From Gammaproteobacteria bacterium (GTDB lineage Bacteria; Pseudomonadota; Gammaproteobacteria; Methylococcales; DRLZ01), in contig JAHZJL010000163.1 in NCBI GenBank assembly GCA_022600935.1, positions 1-56,846 on the forward strand: a stretch of 56,846 nt of DNA, written 5' to 3'. The stretch's first letter is position 1, and each line of letters starts with the position of its first letter. The notes under the pieces are model-generated. The model made no database searches, was not told the DNA's origin, and worked only from the letters and a program-made list of their open reading frames with translations. Below, piece after piece: positions 56,033-56,846 of the stretch. A program made the translations under genes and the position numbers.

Positions 56033-56846
56033 TTAACCATTCGGTTTTGGCCATTGCCAGTTGCAGATTTCGGGCATATCTTCACCATGTTCAGTAATGT
56101 AATGCTGGTGATCAATGAGCCGGTCCCGGATAAACTGTTTCAAGTACACAGCGTTGTGTTGCAGCTTCGGAACATGGGCAATGACGTTACCAACCAGATG
56201 ATATCGATCCAGTTCGTTGAGTACGGTCATGTCAAAAGGTGTTGTTGTGGTACCTTCTTCCTTGTATCCATGAACATGCAGATTGATATGATTGGTGCGG
56301 CGATAAGTCAGGCGATGAATCAGCCAGGGGTAACCGTGGTAAGCAAAAATTATCGGTTTGTCCCTGGTGAAAACAGCATCAAAATTGCGATCAGACAAAC
56401 CATCAGGATGTGCATGATCAGGTTGTAACTTCATCAGGTTCACTACATTGACCATACGTATTTTTAAATCCGGGGTTTTTTGACGCAGAATATCGATCGC
56501 TGCCAGAATTTCAATTGTCGGTACATCACCGGCGCTGGCCATGACCACATCCGGTTCTGATTCCTGATCGTTGCTGGCCCACTCCCAGACACCGATTCCA
56601 GCATCACAATGCTTGATGGCCGCGTCCATGGATAACCATTGTTGTTCTGGCTGTTTGCCAGCAACAATAACGTTAACCATGTTACGGCTGCGTAATACAC
56701 GATCTGTCACTGTCAGTAAGGTATTTGCATCCGGCGGCAGATAGACACGGATAACTTCAGCTTTTTTATTGATAACGTGATCGATAAATCCAGGATCCTG
56801 ATGCGAGAAGCCGTTATGATCCTGCCGCCATACGTGTGAGGTAAGC
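56033..56846 (-). CDS. xfp: Phosphoketolase (xylulose-5-P/fructose-6-P), 3' part; 5' end lies beyond the window
   Basis: The frame stays open to the window edge. The C-terminal sequence ...[15 protein letters not shown]...[14 protein letters not shown] is typical of Xfp-family phosphoketolases. Confidence 0.85.
   Translation of the reverse strand, partial: LTSHVWRQDHNGFSHQDPGFIDHVINKKAEVIRVYLPPDANTLLTVTDRVLRSRNMVNVIVAGKQPEQQWLSMDAAIKHCDAGIGVWEWASNDQESEPDVVMASAGDVPTIEILAAIDILRQKTPDLKIRMVNVVNLMKLQPDHAHPDGLSDRNFDAVFTRDKPIIFAYHGYPWLIHRLTYRRTNHINLHVHGYKEEGTTTTPFDMTVLNELDRYHLVGNVIAHVPKLQHNAVYLKQFIRDRLIDHQHYITEHGEDMPEICNWQWPKPNG

Noticed and set aside
1-56846. I searched by eye for CRISPR arrays, cas genes, restriction-modification, toxin-antitoxin pairs, retron or reverse-transcriptase genes, integrases and phage genes.
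   Set aside because: There are no regularly spaced direct repeats, and none of the ORFs shows motifs of these families. The only repeats are the MITE copies. A dispersed or very divergent system cannot be excluded without HMM searches.

Overview
This 56.8-kb window looks like chromosomal DNA from a gammaproteobacterium. GC content is in the low 40s percent, estimated by eye only. Gene content resembles halotolerant methylotrophs or methanotrophs, but I cannot assign a taxon. Most of the window is recognisable housekeeping and envelope genes:
- A four-gene sucrose operon on the minus strand (sps-spp-fructokinase-amylosucrase).
- recC.
- A small islet of secreted and outer-membrane genes.
- A PAS/sigma-54 activator and comEC.
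- A eukaryote-type UDP-glucose pyrophosphorylase.
- A CHRD protein.
- Two proteins with PEP-CTERM-like sorting tails.
- A GCS2-type ligase translationally coupled to an AstE/AspA-type deacylase, divergent from an aminotransferase.
- galE-moeA-mobB-uge.
- The exosortase-associated regulators prsK/prsR.
- rne divergent from rluC across a roughly 1-kb leader.
- purM, a UPF0182 membrane protein, pepN, a DUF423 protein and moaB.
- A tail-anchored protein with cNMP-like, rhodanese-like and coiled-coil regions.
- rpmB-rpmG, tRNA-Ser(GGA), an M50/CBS protease and the 3' part of a phosphoketolase gene.

I found no CRISPR array, prophage, integrase or recognisable defence or toxin system.

The most original signal I can support directly is an apparently undescribed MITE-like element of about 160 bp. 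There are two full copies, one 44-bp deletion derivative, and a decayed IS4/IS5-type transposase 3' end that carries the same terminal repeat. Insertion appears to be at TWA/TNA triplets.

Secondary leads:
- The sps reading frame's conserved N-terminus lies upstream of any canonical start codon.
- Two orphan small genes have strong ribosome-binding sites: a 25-aa hydrophobic peptide and a 52-aa Cys-rich basic protein.
- The ligase/deacylase pair has no assigned function.
- The cNMP/rhodanese protein has degenerate versions of both domains.

All homology calls rest on motif recognition by eye. No database search was run.
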